Below are positions 11,528 to 21,381 of a stretch of 64,000 nt of DNA, piece by piece. The position numbers and the translations under genes were made by a program. Origin of the DNA: a bacterium (GTDB taxonomy: Bacteria; UBA8248; JACPRG01; G963555815); the NCBI GenBank assembly GCA_965218795.1, contig OZ244653.1, positions 4,672,001-4,736,000 on the forward strand, read 5' to 3'. The notes under the pieces are model-generated. The model saw nothing but the letters and a program-made list of their open reading frames with translations. It ran no database searches and had not been told where the DNA came from. Positions within the stretch are counted from its first letter, which is position 1. Each line of letters begins with the position of its first letter.

Positions 11528-12237
11528 GGCCGGTCTCCTCTCAGGCTTGCGAGATGGCGGCGCGCCGCCGCTCGGCCCGGTCCGCCCTCGCCGGCGATGG
11601 CCTCGAGGGCCGCTTCCAGGCCGATGTTCCCCGCAATGCGGTCGTGGGGCGGCGCAGGATCCGTTGCGCAACCCCGGCTCTTGCAAGGCGGGGCCCCGCC
11701 AGGGACCACGGCCACGGCCGGGATCACCGTGATGCCGAAGAGCCGGAACAGACGCGGATCGATCGTGGCGTCGGACTTTCGGTCCAGGTACGGGCCGATG
11801 CGCTTCACCGTGGCTCGCAACCCGTCCGGGCCGATCCCGCGCAGCACCAGCGGCGCGCCGACCCGCGCGGCCTCGCGGCTCCACTGCCGCCAGCTCGCCG
11901 CGGGCGCCGAGAGGCTCATGAACACGATGACCTCGGGGCCATGGGGACGCGCGGATAGGCCGCGGGCAACGCGGCCGGCATGGCGCTCGGCCGGGAGCGG
12001 GCCGGAGGCCCCGGGGACGTTTTTCCCCGCGCGTTCCAGCGCGCGCTCGATCACCGAGCGCGACCAGGCGTCCAAGTCGTTCCCGCGGGCTTTCCTTGTC
12101 TTCTCCAGGACCCGTTCTGCCATATCGCGCGCCATGTCCCCGGCTGTTTCCTGGGCCCGGGCCGGGCCGCACCAGGCCGCCAGCGCGAGCGCGGAGGCGA
12201 GAGCCGGGATGGTCTTGCGAATCGGGTTATCGTTCAT
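11524..12237 (-). CDS. trbC: Type-F pilin assembly protein TrbC
   Basis: 'VFMSLSAP...VLRG...IDPRLFRLFGITVIPAV...IAGNIGL..ALE' motif, located between traU and traN. Confidence 0.85.
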   Translation of the reverse strand: MNDNPIRKTIPALASALALAAWCGPARAQETAGDMARDMAERVLEKTRKARGNDLDAWSRSVIERALERAGKNVPGASGPLPAERHAGRVARGLSARPHGPEVIVFMSLSAPAASWRQWSREAARVGAPLVLRGIGPDGLRATVKRIGPYLDRKSDATIDPRLFRLFGITVIPAVAVVPGGAPPCKSRGCATDPAPPHDRIAGNIGLEAALEAIAGEGGPGRAAARRHLASLRGDRP

Positions 12238-12247
12238 GTCAGCCTCC

Positions 12248-13249
12248 TCAGAGCAGACAGCAGTTGCGCTTGCGCCAGAGCAGGTAGCCGAAGCTCTCGC
12301 CCGCCACGGGCAGCTCGCGCAGCGCTTCCCAGATCACCGAGGATCGGCCCGTGGGGTTGCAGCCCGTGAGGGGCGAGGTGGCCGGGACCGGCTGGGTCAT
12401 CTGCCAGCGGTACTGGGACTTCTTCATGATCGGCATGGGGTAGCGCCCGCAGAGCGCCGCCGTCCCCGAGGTCCCCCAGGCGAGCAGTAGCCGGTGAAGA
12501 CGGAACACGAGCCGCCCGGCCGCGAGGAGCGAGGCCTGGACCCCGCCCACGTGGGCGGCCACGTTGCCGGTCAAGGGATACATTCCCCCCTGGCAGCCCG
12601 CGCACCAGAACAGCGGATCCAGCGGCAGGCCCGCCGAGGCGGCGGCGCAATCGGCCGCGCAGGCCGCCTGGGCCGGCAGGTCCGCGAACAGCGCGGCTTC
12701 CGGGTTCAACAGGAAGGACAGCTCGTCGTCGAGCCAGGCGGGGTCGAGCTCGGAGACCCAGGCGATGTCGAGCCCCCCGCTTTCGAGGCAGCCGATGTCG
12801 AGCAGGGCCCCGATCCAGGAGAGAAGGGGATAGGCGTAGTCATGGACGTGCCACACGGAGCCCGAGGCGCCGTCGCCACCCGAGGATCCGGTGCGTCCGC
12901 GCCCTGCTGGCAGGCCCGGGTCTATGGTCATGCCCCCGAGGTTGGGGAAGCACCAGGGCGCGCGGCTGACGTCGATCAGCCGCGCCGGCTCCCACAAGCC
13001 CAGGGAGAGCCCGATCCGGGGGATCGGCTTGCCGCAGAGGCAGATCGGCGATCCCGGATTGGGCGTGTCCGGCGCGCCCGCAGCGCCGCCCATGCGGATC
13101 GGCCCGATCGAGATCGGCAAAAGGCACTCCCAGCACACGTCCGTGACGGGGTTCACGAAACGCCCGGTGCAGGACTGGGCGGATGCGGTCCCCGTGGACA
13201 GGACTCCGGCGAGGACCAGCGCCGCGCAGACGGTCTCCAGGGATCTCAT
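12248..13249 (-). CDS. traU: TraU pilus assembly protein
   Basis: 'CTGRFVNPVTDVCWECLLPISIG', 'WEPAR', 'FWCAGCQG.MYP', and C-terminal 'WRKRNCC'. Confidence 0.95.
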   Translation of the reverse strand: MRSLETVCAALVLAGVLSTGTASAQSCTGRFVNPVTDVCWECLLPISIGPIRMGGAAGAPDTPNPGSPICLCGKPIPRIGLSLGLWEPARLIDVSRAPWCFPNLGGMTIDPGLPAGRGRTGSSGGDGASGSVWHVHDYAYPLLSWIGALLDIGCLESGGLDIAWVSELDPAWLDDELSFLLNPEAALFADLPAQAACAADCAAASAGLPLDPLFWCAGCQGGMYPLTGNVAAHVGGVQASLLAAGRLVFRLHRLLLAWGTSGTAALCGRYPMPIMKKSQYRWQMTQPVPATSPLTGCNPTGRSSVIWEALRELPVAGESFGYLLWRKRNCCLL

Positions 13250-13899
13250 GGATGGTCTCCGGCGGTCGCGGGATTGGCTTCGTCCCTGAGCGGCACTTCC
13301 GTGATCCGGAGCATGGATCCCACGACCTCGACCAGGGACGGGGTGGCGCGGAGCCCGAACCGTTTCGAGAGCCGGCCGTTCTGATCGAAGAAAAAGGGCC
13401 GTCCGTGGGCGCGCATCAGGTCCAGCGGCCGGCCCGCCAGGAGCACGATCCGCGCGGGCCGTTCGTGGCCGAGGGCCCAGGCCACCTCAACCGGCCGCGC
13501 GCCGTCGATGAACAGCAGGTCCCGGGTCAGCGGGTACACCTCGAGGGGGTTGATCCGAGCGCCCCGGGCCGCAATCAGGGTTCCGTCGTGCGCGAGGATG
13601 TCTTGCTCGACCGTGATGGAAGGATCGTGCAGCCGGGTGCGAGGGACGCGCGCGGGCCCGATGCCCTCGACGCGTCCGGGCGCCTCGATGCGCTCCCGGG
13701 CCCGGTCCAGGGCCTCGCGGCCCATGCGGGCCAGCTCGCCGGAGGCCTCCAGCGCTCCAAGCCGGGCCTCGATCCGGGCGAGCAGGTCGGGCTCGGCGAT
13801 CGGCCACACCGCGCCGCGCACGCCGAGGTCCTTTGCAGGAGCGGGCCGCGCCACAAGCATCAGCGCGCAGCCAAACGCGACCAGTAGGAAGCGGGTCAT
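13246..13899 (-). CDS. traW: TraW pilus assembly protein
   Basis: 'DLGVRGAVWPIAEPDLL', 'G..INPL', 'FFFDQNG.L..RFG...TPS'. Confidence 0.93.
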   Translation of the reverse strand: MTRFLLVAFGCALMLVARPAPAKDLGVRGAVWPIAEPDLLARIEARLGALEASGELARMGREALDRARERIEAPGRVEGIGPARVPRTRLHDPSITVEQDILAHDGTLIAARGARINPLEVYPLTRDLLFIDGARPVEVAWALGHERPARIVLLAGRPLDLMRAHGRPFFFDQNGRLSKRFGLRATPSLVEVVGSMLRITEVPLRDEANPATAGDHP

Positions 13900-14429
13900 G
13901 GCCGTGCCTCCTTAGGTCTTGCGAGCGGTCCCTTGAGCCCGAGCCAGGGAATGTCGGGCAGCGCCCAGGCCCGGCCCCGGATGCGTTCCCGCGGGACCAG
14001 CCCGATTTCCCGATAGCGGCTGTCGTGGCTGTCTATGTGATCGGCGTGGACGTAGTAGCGGCCCGGCGGGATCACGCCCGGTTGGGCCGCGTCCAGGACT
14101 CGGCCGTCCATTGCGTGGGTCTTGGCGATCCCGAGGACCGCGCCGTTCACCGAGACCCGGCACTCCCTGTCCACCTCCACCCGGTCTCCGGGCAAGCCGC
14201 GCACGGTCTTGAGGTAGGGGACCGTCGAGCCCACCGCCTCGGGCGGATCGAACAGGACCGCGTCGCCCCGTTCTGGCGCGCCGAGGAGGGGCAGCACGAG
14301 ATACCCCCAGGCCCCGTCGGACCAGCTGGCATTCACGTAGACGCGAGAGGCCGCAACGAGCCAAAGTGTGGCCAGCATGGCCGCCCAGAGCAGGAACTTG
14401 CGCCCCAATGCGTTCGCGTCCTTCCTCAT
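13896..14429 (-). CDS. S26-family conjugative pilin-processing peptidase (TrhF-like)
   Basis: 'YVNASWS', 'YLKTVRGLPGD', 'HIDSHDSRY..IGLV', located between trbI and traW. Confidence 0.85.
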   Translation of the reverse strand: MRKDANALGRKFLLWAAMLATLWLVAASRVYVNASWSDGAWGYLVLPLLGAPERGDAVLFDPPEAVGSTVPYLKTVRGLPGDRVEVDRECRVSVNGAVLGIAKTHAMDGRVLDAAQPGVIPPGRYYVHADHIDSHDSRYREIGLVPRERIRGRAWALPDIPWLGLKGPLARPKEARP

Positions 14430-14806
14430 GGTTCTTCCTCCGGATTCGTTGTCGGAAGGGTTCGCGGCGGGGCCGCCTGGATCGCCGCCTTTATCTCGGC
14501 GGTGAGGTCCGGCGCGCCGGCCGCGACCGCCCTTGCCGGCAGCAGCACCGCGCGGTGGCGCGCCGCCGTCCGGACGAGCGCGGCTTCCAGCCGATACGCC
14601 CAGCCGCGTACGGCTTTCACGGCCTCCTCTTGGTCGCCGTGCACCCGGGCGGCCTTTGCCATGTAGTCCGCCGTGAGCTCGGCCAGCCGCACGCTCGCGA
14701 TGCGCGGGACCCTCTCCAGGGCCATGCGCGCCGTGACGGCCGCGACCGCCGCGGCCACGCCCGCGGACAGCAGAAGCGCGGCGGTCAACGTTGTGGGCCC
14801 GCTCAT
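14426..14806 (-). CDS. trbI: Type-F conjugative protein TrbI
   Basis: N-terminal TM, 'RIASVRL', 'AVAAGAPDLT', and position in the tra operon. Confidence 0.8.
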   Translation of the reverse strand: MSGPTTLTAALLLSAGVAAAVAAVTARMALERVPRIASVRLAELTADYMAKAARVHGDQEEAVKAVRGWAYRLEAALVRTAARHRAVLLPARAVAAGAPDLTAEIKAAIQAAPPRTLPTTNPEEEP

Positions 14807-15555
14807 GACCCAGTCCGTTCCGGCGCCGTCTCTTCGTGCGTGACATGCGATTCCTCCGGTGGGGCTTGGTTGTTCTTTTTGGAGGACTCCTCCGGGATGG
14901 GTGCGATGGCGTCCCGTCCCGCACCCTTCGACCCCTTCAGGGCCCGCAAGCGTTCCAGCCAGAGCCTGGCCGCCCGGCCGGGCTCCACGGTTCGGATGCG
15001 GCGCTTGAGGGGCGGGAAGGCGACCGCGGAAGCCGCTCCGTCCCGCGCTCCCGGCAGGTCCCGGTCCTCCGCGGCCTCGGCCATGCGGGCCACGAAACGC
15101 AGCAGTTCCGCCTGCTCATGGGAGGGTTCCGCATCGAGCCCGGCCGACTCGCGCACGGCCCGGTCGACGATCCCGTTGAGCCGCTTCAGCCGCTCCGCCC
15201 CGCGCTGGGAGGAGGCGGCCTCGGGCCCCAGCCACGCAACGCTCGCGTCAACGAGAAGCGCATGGAGCGCCGCCTCCCGGCGGTCCCCGGATCCTTCAAA
15301 GGCCTCGATCTCCTCGCTCATCAGCACCCCGTGGGCCGCCAGCGAGTGGAACCGCCCGAGCCGGCCGCCCAGGCGGCAGGTGTTGGCCAGCACGTGAGCC
15401 AGGGCCTCGAAGTCCACGGCGTCTGGCGTCAGCCCCTCGGGATCCCCCGGCCAGGCAAGGGGCCGGTCCCCGGGTCCGGGCTCCTCCGCCCGGGCCGCGG
15501 TCCGTTTGGGGGATGTGGCGCTCAATGGGGCCCGCCTGTTCCTGTCCTTGCTCAT
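14803..15555 (-). CDS. YfbR-like HD-fold protein with degenerate HD motif
   Basis: 'LAHVLANTCRLGG...HSLAAH' resembles the AHALS..CRF.GH...YSVAQH signature, but 'ALLVDASVAWLG' replaces the usual ALLHDA.EAY.GD. Confidence 0.65.
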   Translation of the reverse strand: MSKDRNRRAPLSATSPKRTAARAEEPGPGDRPLAWPGDPEGLTPDAVDFEALAHVLANTCRLGGRLGRFHSLAAHGVLMSEEIEAFEGSGDRREAALHALLVDASVAWLGPEAASSQRGAERLKRLNGIVDRAVRESAGLDAEPSHEQAELLRFVARMAEAAEDRDLPGARDGAASAVAFPPLKRRIRTVEPGRAARLWLERLRALKGSKGAGRDAIAPIPEESSKKNNQAPPEESHVTHEETAPERTGS

Positions 15556-15592
15556 GTGTGTCTCCTTCTCGTTCTTGAGGTATGAAGAACCG

Positions 15593-17872
15593 TCACGGCG
15601 CATCGTTCCCGGGGCCCGCTGCCTCCCCGGGCAGGCCGCTCTCCGCGATGCGGTCGATAGCCTGCTCGGTGGTGAGGCCTTCGTCCTTCAGTTTTTCGAC
15701 CGCGGCGAAGGCGGGTCCGCGCGAGGAGTAGAGGGCTACCGACCATGGGTCCAGGGCGAGGCGCGCCACGCGCCAGCCGTCCGGGCCGTGCAGCACCAGC
15801 TCGGCATGGCGCCCGTCCACGGTGGCCAGGCTCTTGAGGGCCCGCTCCATGCCCGGATCGCAGTGGATGCGCTTTTCCTGCTTGAGGAGCTCGACCGACT
15901 CGTCCTTCTGGGCCAGGAAGATCGTCCAGTCCGCGTTGTCCCAGGCGGCCCGGGCCGCGGGGTTGGCGTAGTAGTCGTTGACGCTCTGGGTGCCGGTGAC
16001 CAGCGCGCCCCGGTACTTGCGCGCCCGCCTGGCCGCGCCCTCGAGGAAGGCCCGGCTGTCCTCGCCCGACAGAAGGTCCCAGGCCTCGTCGATGACGATG
16101 GCCTTCGGTCGCGTGCGGGGGCCGTGATACATGCGCTGGGTGGCGAGGAAGACCACCAGCATGAGCACCACGCCCTGGACGTCGCCCCGGCCCTTGAGCT
16201 CGGCGAGCTCGAACACGGTGAGCGCGGCGTCCAGGGCCGGGGTCTCCGATCCCTCGAAGAGCCGCCCGAGGGCGCCGCCCGCGGCCGCCACGGTCCGAGG
16301 GCGAGAGCCATGTCCGATGCCCGCCGGTCGCCCGCTTCCTCCAGCCGGCGCTGCACGGTCCCGAGATCGGCGCCGTTGCCGGCCTCCTCCCAGGCGCGGG
16401 CGATGGCCTCGTCGATCAGCGCCGCCTCGATGTCGTCGATGCGCCCGCGCCTTCGGCACATCCGCCCGATCACGGCGGCCAGCATGGAAAAGCATTCCTC
16501 GCGGTAGTCCCCGTCCCGGGCCGCCACGTCCGCGTCGATCATGGCGAAGGGGTTGAGTCTCGCCGGGTCCTTGCCGAAGGCGATGAAGGCGCCGCCGAGG
16601 GCTTCGGCCGTGTGCTGGAAGGAACGCCCGTCATCGATCACCACGGCCTCGCCGCCCGAGCCCGCGATCCCCGAGACCAGCTCCTGCATCAGGACCGACT
16701 TGCCCGACCCGGACTTGCCGGTCACGGCCACGTTGTAGTTGCCGGCCTCGTTGGCGAAGGGGGACCAGCACGCGGGCTGGCCCCGCCTTCCGATCAGGAG
16801 CAGCGCCGGCGGCGCGTCCGGCGACGCCCCCTGGCCGCGCCACTCACCGTGCACCGGTGCGAGATTGACGGCCGAGGAGGTGAGCAGGGTCTTCATCCGG
16901 CCCATGCGGGCGAGATCGGCGTCGAGCCCGCCGGCCGGGACCATGGGCAAACAGGCGAGCCAGGCCGGCAGGTGGGCGTAACGCTCGGCGCCCAGGCGCC
17001 AGCCCTGGCCGTGATAGATGGCGCGCACCGCCTGCTCGGCCTCGTCGATGGCGTCCAGGGGCGCGTAGACCGCGATCATGTAGCAGGCCTTGACCAGCCG
17101 CTCGCCGTCCTTGAGCCGCTCGGTGACGAAGCGCCAGTCCTGGGCCTTCTCGGGCAGGCCCGGCAGGTAGCGCGCGATCCCCGTGCCCGCCTGCTGCGTG
17201 GCCCGGGCCGAGAGCACGCGCACCGCCACGTCCGTCCCGTCCGGGTGGTGGAAGACCAGGCCCGTGGGCGCGACGGTCAGGGCCCGGCCCGGGGCCGCGC
17301 ACTGAAGATGAATGGGGTCCCTGGGCGACCAGCGCCTCCGCCCCGGCCGAGGCGAGGGTGCCTTCCAAGGCCCGTCGGAACCCCCCGAGGGCGGTCTCGG
17401 CCGCCGGTCCGGCCGGGCCCGCCATACAGGCCGCCAGGAACACCCGGCAGTCGTTCAGCGTAAACGGCGGTCCGCCCGCATGAAGCGGGCGCCATCCGGC
17501 ATGGGCGAACAGGGTCCCGCGCCGTTTTGCCATCCCCGCCTGCACGCCGCCCGTCAGGCGCCGGGATTCGGCCCAGCTCTCGATCGCCGCCCCGTAGCGT
17601 GGGCTCGTCCAATGGATGATCTGCACCACCGCGCGCTCGGGCGCGGCGTCGGCGAGGGTGCCGGCCAGTGCGCCCAGCGTCTCCTCGTCGATCCCCACGA
17701 AGGGCGGCAGCTCCAGCAGGAAGCCGCAGCTCGCGGCGTTGATAAAGAGCTCGCTCCCCTCGTCCCAGGCCCGCCAGGGCAGGAGGCCGGCGAGGGGCGC
17801 CGGCAGGGCCGGAAGGGTCCAGGGCTGAAGCGCGTCCGGTCCCCTGAGCAGGTCCTTGAGGCGCTGGATCAC
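15593..17872 (-). pseudogene. traC: TraC (VirB4) ATPase, frameshifted and deleted
   Basis: Walker A 'NYNVAVTGKSGSGKS', 'IDEAWDLL' and 'RRARKY..ALVTGTQS' are spread over several frames. Start VIQRLKD overlaps the traV end. Confidence 0.88.
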
Positions 17873-18530
17873 GGCAGCCTCCAGTGCGCCGGCTCCAGCA
17901 CCGTGCGAACCCAGTGGGCCTCGCGGTTGGGAACGCCGACCGCCAAGCGCCTCGCGCCGATGGCTCCAGCACCGTGCGAACCCAGTGGGCCTCGCGGTAG
18001 ACCCCGTCGGCGTCCACGAAGGGCGCGATCCAGATCCGCGCGATGCTCTCCTTCGTACGCAGGCGGTCATTGATCGCATCCTGGGTTCCTTCGCCCGGCG
18101 GAGCCGGCTTTGGTTCGGCGGGGGCCGCGGGGGTGGGATGTCCCGCGTCCGTGGACTCCTCTGTGGCGGTGTCGCGATCCCCTACGGTCCGGAACCACTT
18201 CGCGAGCCAGGCCAGGGGATCGCAGCCTCCGGCGCAGGGGGTGTCGTCACTCGGCTTTGTCGCCGGGGCGCCGGACCCTTGGGCATCGTCGGTCTTTGCC
18301 TGGTAGAGCGGCGTCCGGGTGGCGAGCCCTTGCGCCTTGCCGGGGGCCGCGACCGCCGGATCGGTCTCCGCGACGCTCGTGCAGGCCGCGCCCTGGGCCA
18401 GGGGGCACTGCCAGGAGTCGCCCACGTGGGTCGCCGCGCAGCCGCCCAGGACCAGGGCCGCCGCAAAGATCGCGGGGACCAACGTCCAGCCCTGTCCGGT
18501 TCGTGGATGAATCGTCGATTGCGTTCTCAT
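17869..18530 (-). pseudogene. traV: TraV lipoprotein with a 71-bp frameshifting insertion near its 3' end
   Basis: Lipobox 'LGGC', 'WQCP...CTSV', and 'RIWIAPFVDADG'. The native end 'EPAHWRLP*' is now out of frame. Confidence 0.85.
17891..17998. repeat. Two identical 37-bp direct repeats separated by 34 bp
   Basis: GGCTCCAGCACCGTGCGAACCCAGTGGGCCTCGCGGT occurs at 17891-17927 and 17962-17998. Confidence 0.95.
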
Positions 18531-19609
18531 TTGCCTCCTCTCTTCTTGTCCTTGCGCCCGTCGAGCCAGGCGCCCTCGATGAACACCACGGTCACCCGCG
18601 TGCCCGTCTGGAGCTGGATCACCGGCTGGTACTGCTCGGCCCGGCGGATCAGGTAGTCGGCGACCCTGCGGCCGGCCGAGCCCGCGCCGGCGCCGATCCC
18701 GGCTTGGCCGAGCGCGGCTAGGCTCGATGCGTTCACGGCTCCGTCCGAGCCGGTTGTCCTGGCCGGGGCCTGAAGCAGGTTGGCGGCCGTTTCGCCCACG
18801 CCCGAGATGAGGCCCGCGAGGAACGCCTTCTCGACCAGGGCCCCCTCGCGGCTCACCACCGGACCCCGGATGCCCACCTTGCCGCTCCCGGCCACGAAGC
18901 CCGCGACCTGCGTCTCGGTCACGGTGCCCCGGGAAGGCCCGGCGCCGGTCAGCGTGGATCCCGCCACGTCCGCCTCGAGCGCTTCGCCGCCCTCGGCCGC
19001 GCTCCGGGCGGGGCCGGTCAGCCGCAGCAGCACCGGGCGCGGCTCGCCCTGGGAGGCGACGCCCTTACCCGCCGGATCCGCATCGCCTTCGAACACCTGG
19101 ATCATCGGTACGGCCGGTGCGGCATCCGAGGTCGCGGGGGCTCTCTTGCCGGGAGCGGGGTGGCTTGAACCCGCACGGGTAAAATCATCCGTGCCCGCCG
19201 GACCCGGCGCGGCCGCCCGGGCTTCGAGCCGGCCGCGCAGTTCCTCGATGGCCGCCTCCTGTTGGTCGATCACCGCCCGGCCGTCCTCGGCGCCGCGCGC
19301 GAGGCGCTCTCTGAGCTTGACGTTCTCCTGTTCGGCCCGCCGGCCCCGCGTCTCCATGTCCCGGAGCCGCGTCTCCAGTTCGCCGATCCGCGCCTCCGAG
19401 CGGCGCACCCAGCTCACCTCCGCCGTATCCGGTCCGGCCAGCTTCGCCTCGATCCCGGTCGGCGGCGGCCAGCCTCCGCCTCCGCCCGCCGAGATCCACA
19501 CCGCGAACACGATCAGCACTGCCGCGGCCACGCCCGAGAACAGCAGCACCTGCCGCTGGCGGGTGCGCCGGGCCTCCGGATCCATGGGGGTCTTGTCCGC
19601 GCCGCTCAT
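18527..19609 (-). pseudogene. traB: TraB (VirB10-like) protein with internal deletions
   Basis: TM plus coiled coil, 'PVLLRLTG', 'GIRGPVVSREG', 'YLIRRAEQYQPVIQLQTG..VTVVF..G'. The usual PAGS and GDLSSER segments are absent. Confidence 0.8.
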
Positions 19610-20400
19610 GGCGCCTCCTCCTCCTCCCCCGCCGGAACGGTCCGGAAGGCGTCATGCACGGCCACGGCGAGCCGTCCGCCCGAGGGGCCGGTCCCCGGCG
19701 CCGCCAGCCAGATCGCGGCCGCGCCCGGCGCGAGACGGCCCGCCAGGGCCTCGGCGCCGGTTCCCGGGCCGGGGCCCGCTTCCAGCACGCGCGCAATGAA
19801 CCGCGGCCCCCGCCAGACCTCGATGACTGAAAGACCTTCCTTGTAGAATGTTCCTGAAGGCGTCTCGATCGTGTAGCCCGGAAGGGTCTCACGCCGCGCC
19901 ACTGCGCGGACGAGCGCCACCAGCGTGCCCACGCGCCGATGGCCCGGCCTTTGGACGTCCGGTTCGGACATCGCGGCCGCATTGCGGATCAGGATCTGGG
20001 CCGAGCCGCGTTCGGCCACGGTCAACGCCAGCCGGTAGGTGAAGCCCGCGGCCGTCCCGATGAAGAGCGTCACCGGCTCCCGGGGAACGCCGTTGAGGCC
20101 CGCGGGCCGCAGGTAGATGTCGCCACGCGCCGCGTCGTGCTCGACCTGGAAACCGTCCGGCCCCCGGATCACCCGGGCGATCCGATCGCCCGCCAGCGCG
20201 ATGCGGCTCACCGCCCGGTCCGAGACCTCCGCTTCCAGCTCCGCGTGGTCCACGGCCTCCAGGATCTGCATGGCCGAGGCCGGCGTGCAGTAAAAGAACG
20301 CTCCCAAAAGCAACACCGGAATGAAAAAATACGTGAAGCCCGCCCCGGCACGCGCCGGGGCCCGGCCTTTTGCACCCCTGGTTCTCTTCCCTTGCTTCAT
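19606..20400 (-). CDS. traK: TraK secretin-like protein
   Basis: 'VSDRAVSRIALAGDRI', 'GDIYLRP', 'TLFIGT..GFTYRL'. Lies between traE and traB. Confidence 0.85.
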   Translation of the reverse strand: MKQGKRTRGAKGRAPARAGAGFTYFFIPVLLLGAFFYCTPASAMQILEAVDHAELEAEVSDRAVSRIALAGDRIARVIRGPDGFQVEHDAARGDIYLRPAGLNGVPREPVTLFIGTAAGFTYRLALTVAERGSAQILIRNAAAMSEPDVQRPGHRRVGTLVALVRAVARRETLPGYTIETPSGTFYKEGLSVIEVWRGPRFIARVLEAGPGPGTGAEALAGRLAPGAAAIWLAAPGTGPSGGRLAVAVHDAFRTVPAGEEEEAP

Positions 20401-20402
20401 GC

Positions 20403-20972
20403 TCAGTCCTCCAGCTCTTCGAAACGCACCAGGCCGATCCGCCCCGCGTCCACGCGGAAGGCCAGCCGGTAGCGCTTGCGCTCGCGCGAGACCGGCTCGC
20501 GCCCGAGCCAGGTCGCGAGCTCTCCGGTCACCAGGACCGTCAACGCCTCCGGCTTTGCCTCGATGCGCTCGGGATAGAAAGCGGTCGCCAGGTCCCGCCG
20601 CGCCATGCGCCCGGCCTCGGCCGCGACCCAGGCCCCGATCGCGCCCCAGGCCCCGATCGCGCCCCGGGCCGAGGCGTGGCTCAGCCGCGTTGCCGCCTCC
20701 CGCACGTGCTCCGCGTTCTCCGGCGTCAGCGTCAGCAGCGTCACCGCCACGGTCCGTCCCATGTCTTCCAGATAGCGAAGCCCGGCCCGGCTGCTCCCGA
20801 CCTCCCAGGCAGGCCCCGTGACCGCCGGGATCAGCACCGCCATGCGATCCACCGAGGCCAGGCCGACGCTCAGGCCCAGATTGGCCAGGAGCGAGAGGCC
20901 CAGGAGCCCGGCCAGGGCCGCACGCCCGTCGCGCACCCGCCGCCGCTCCGCTTCCATGATGTCCCGTCTCAT
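20403..20972 (-). CDS. traE: TraE (VirB8-like) protein
   Basis: N-terminal TM, 'YLEDMGR....LLTLTPEN', 'VTGEL..WLG...YRL'. Contains an 18-bp tandem duplication (GAIGAW x2). Confidence 0.87.
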   Translation of the reverse strand: MRRDIMEAERRRVRDGRAALAGLLGLSLLANLGLSVGLASVDRMAVLIPAVTGPAWEVGSSRAGLRYLEDMGRTVAVTLLTLTPENAEHVREAATRLSHASARGAIGAWGAIGAWVAAEAGRMARRDLATAFYPERIEAKPEALTVLVTGELATWLGREPVSRERKRYRLAFRVDAGRIGLVRFEELED

Positions 20973-20982
20973 CCAACTCTCC

Positions 20983-21381
20983 TCATCCGATGAACCGGCG
21001 CACGTGGCTCGGAGGCGCGCCCTTGAGGCCCAGGGTGAAGCCGGGCAGGAACCAGTAGAGCGCGCATATCGCCACATCCGCGCCGCCGCCCCGCTTGGCC
21101 CGGCGCAGCAAGGCCCAGGCCCCGAGCCCGGCCACCAGCCCGGTCACGAAGGCGTTGGCGGCCAGCCCCAGGACCGCGGGCCCCAGGAGCGCCGCCGCCT
21201 CGTCCAGGGTCCAGAACAGCCAGCGCGGCCGCGAGCTGCCCGCCCGTGCCCGAGACGATGTCGGTCACCGTGCCGAGCGGACTCGAGAAGGTCGTGTCCG
21301 TCGAGGCCCAGGCCGCCTCCAGGCTACCCAGCGTCAACACGAGCGCCGGAAGCATCCGTTTCGTCGGAAAAAGCGTTCTCA
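20983..21381 (-). pseudogene. traA (pilin) 5' half fused out of frame to traL 3' part
   Basis: Pilin-like 'AWASTDTTFSSPL..V..IVSGTGGQLAAALA' joins at ~21220 to TraL-like 'RWLFWTLDEAAA...LYWFLP...PPSHVRRFIG*'. Confidence 0.75.

Noticed and set aside
17891-17998. CRISPR array
   Set aside because: Only two repeats, the repeat is traV coding sequence, and there is no leader or cas gene in the window.
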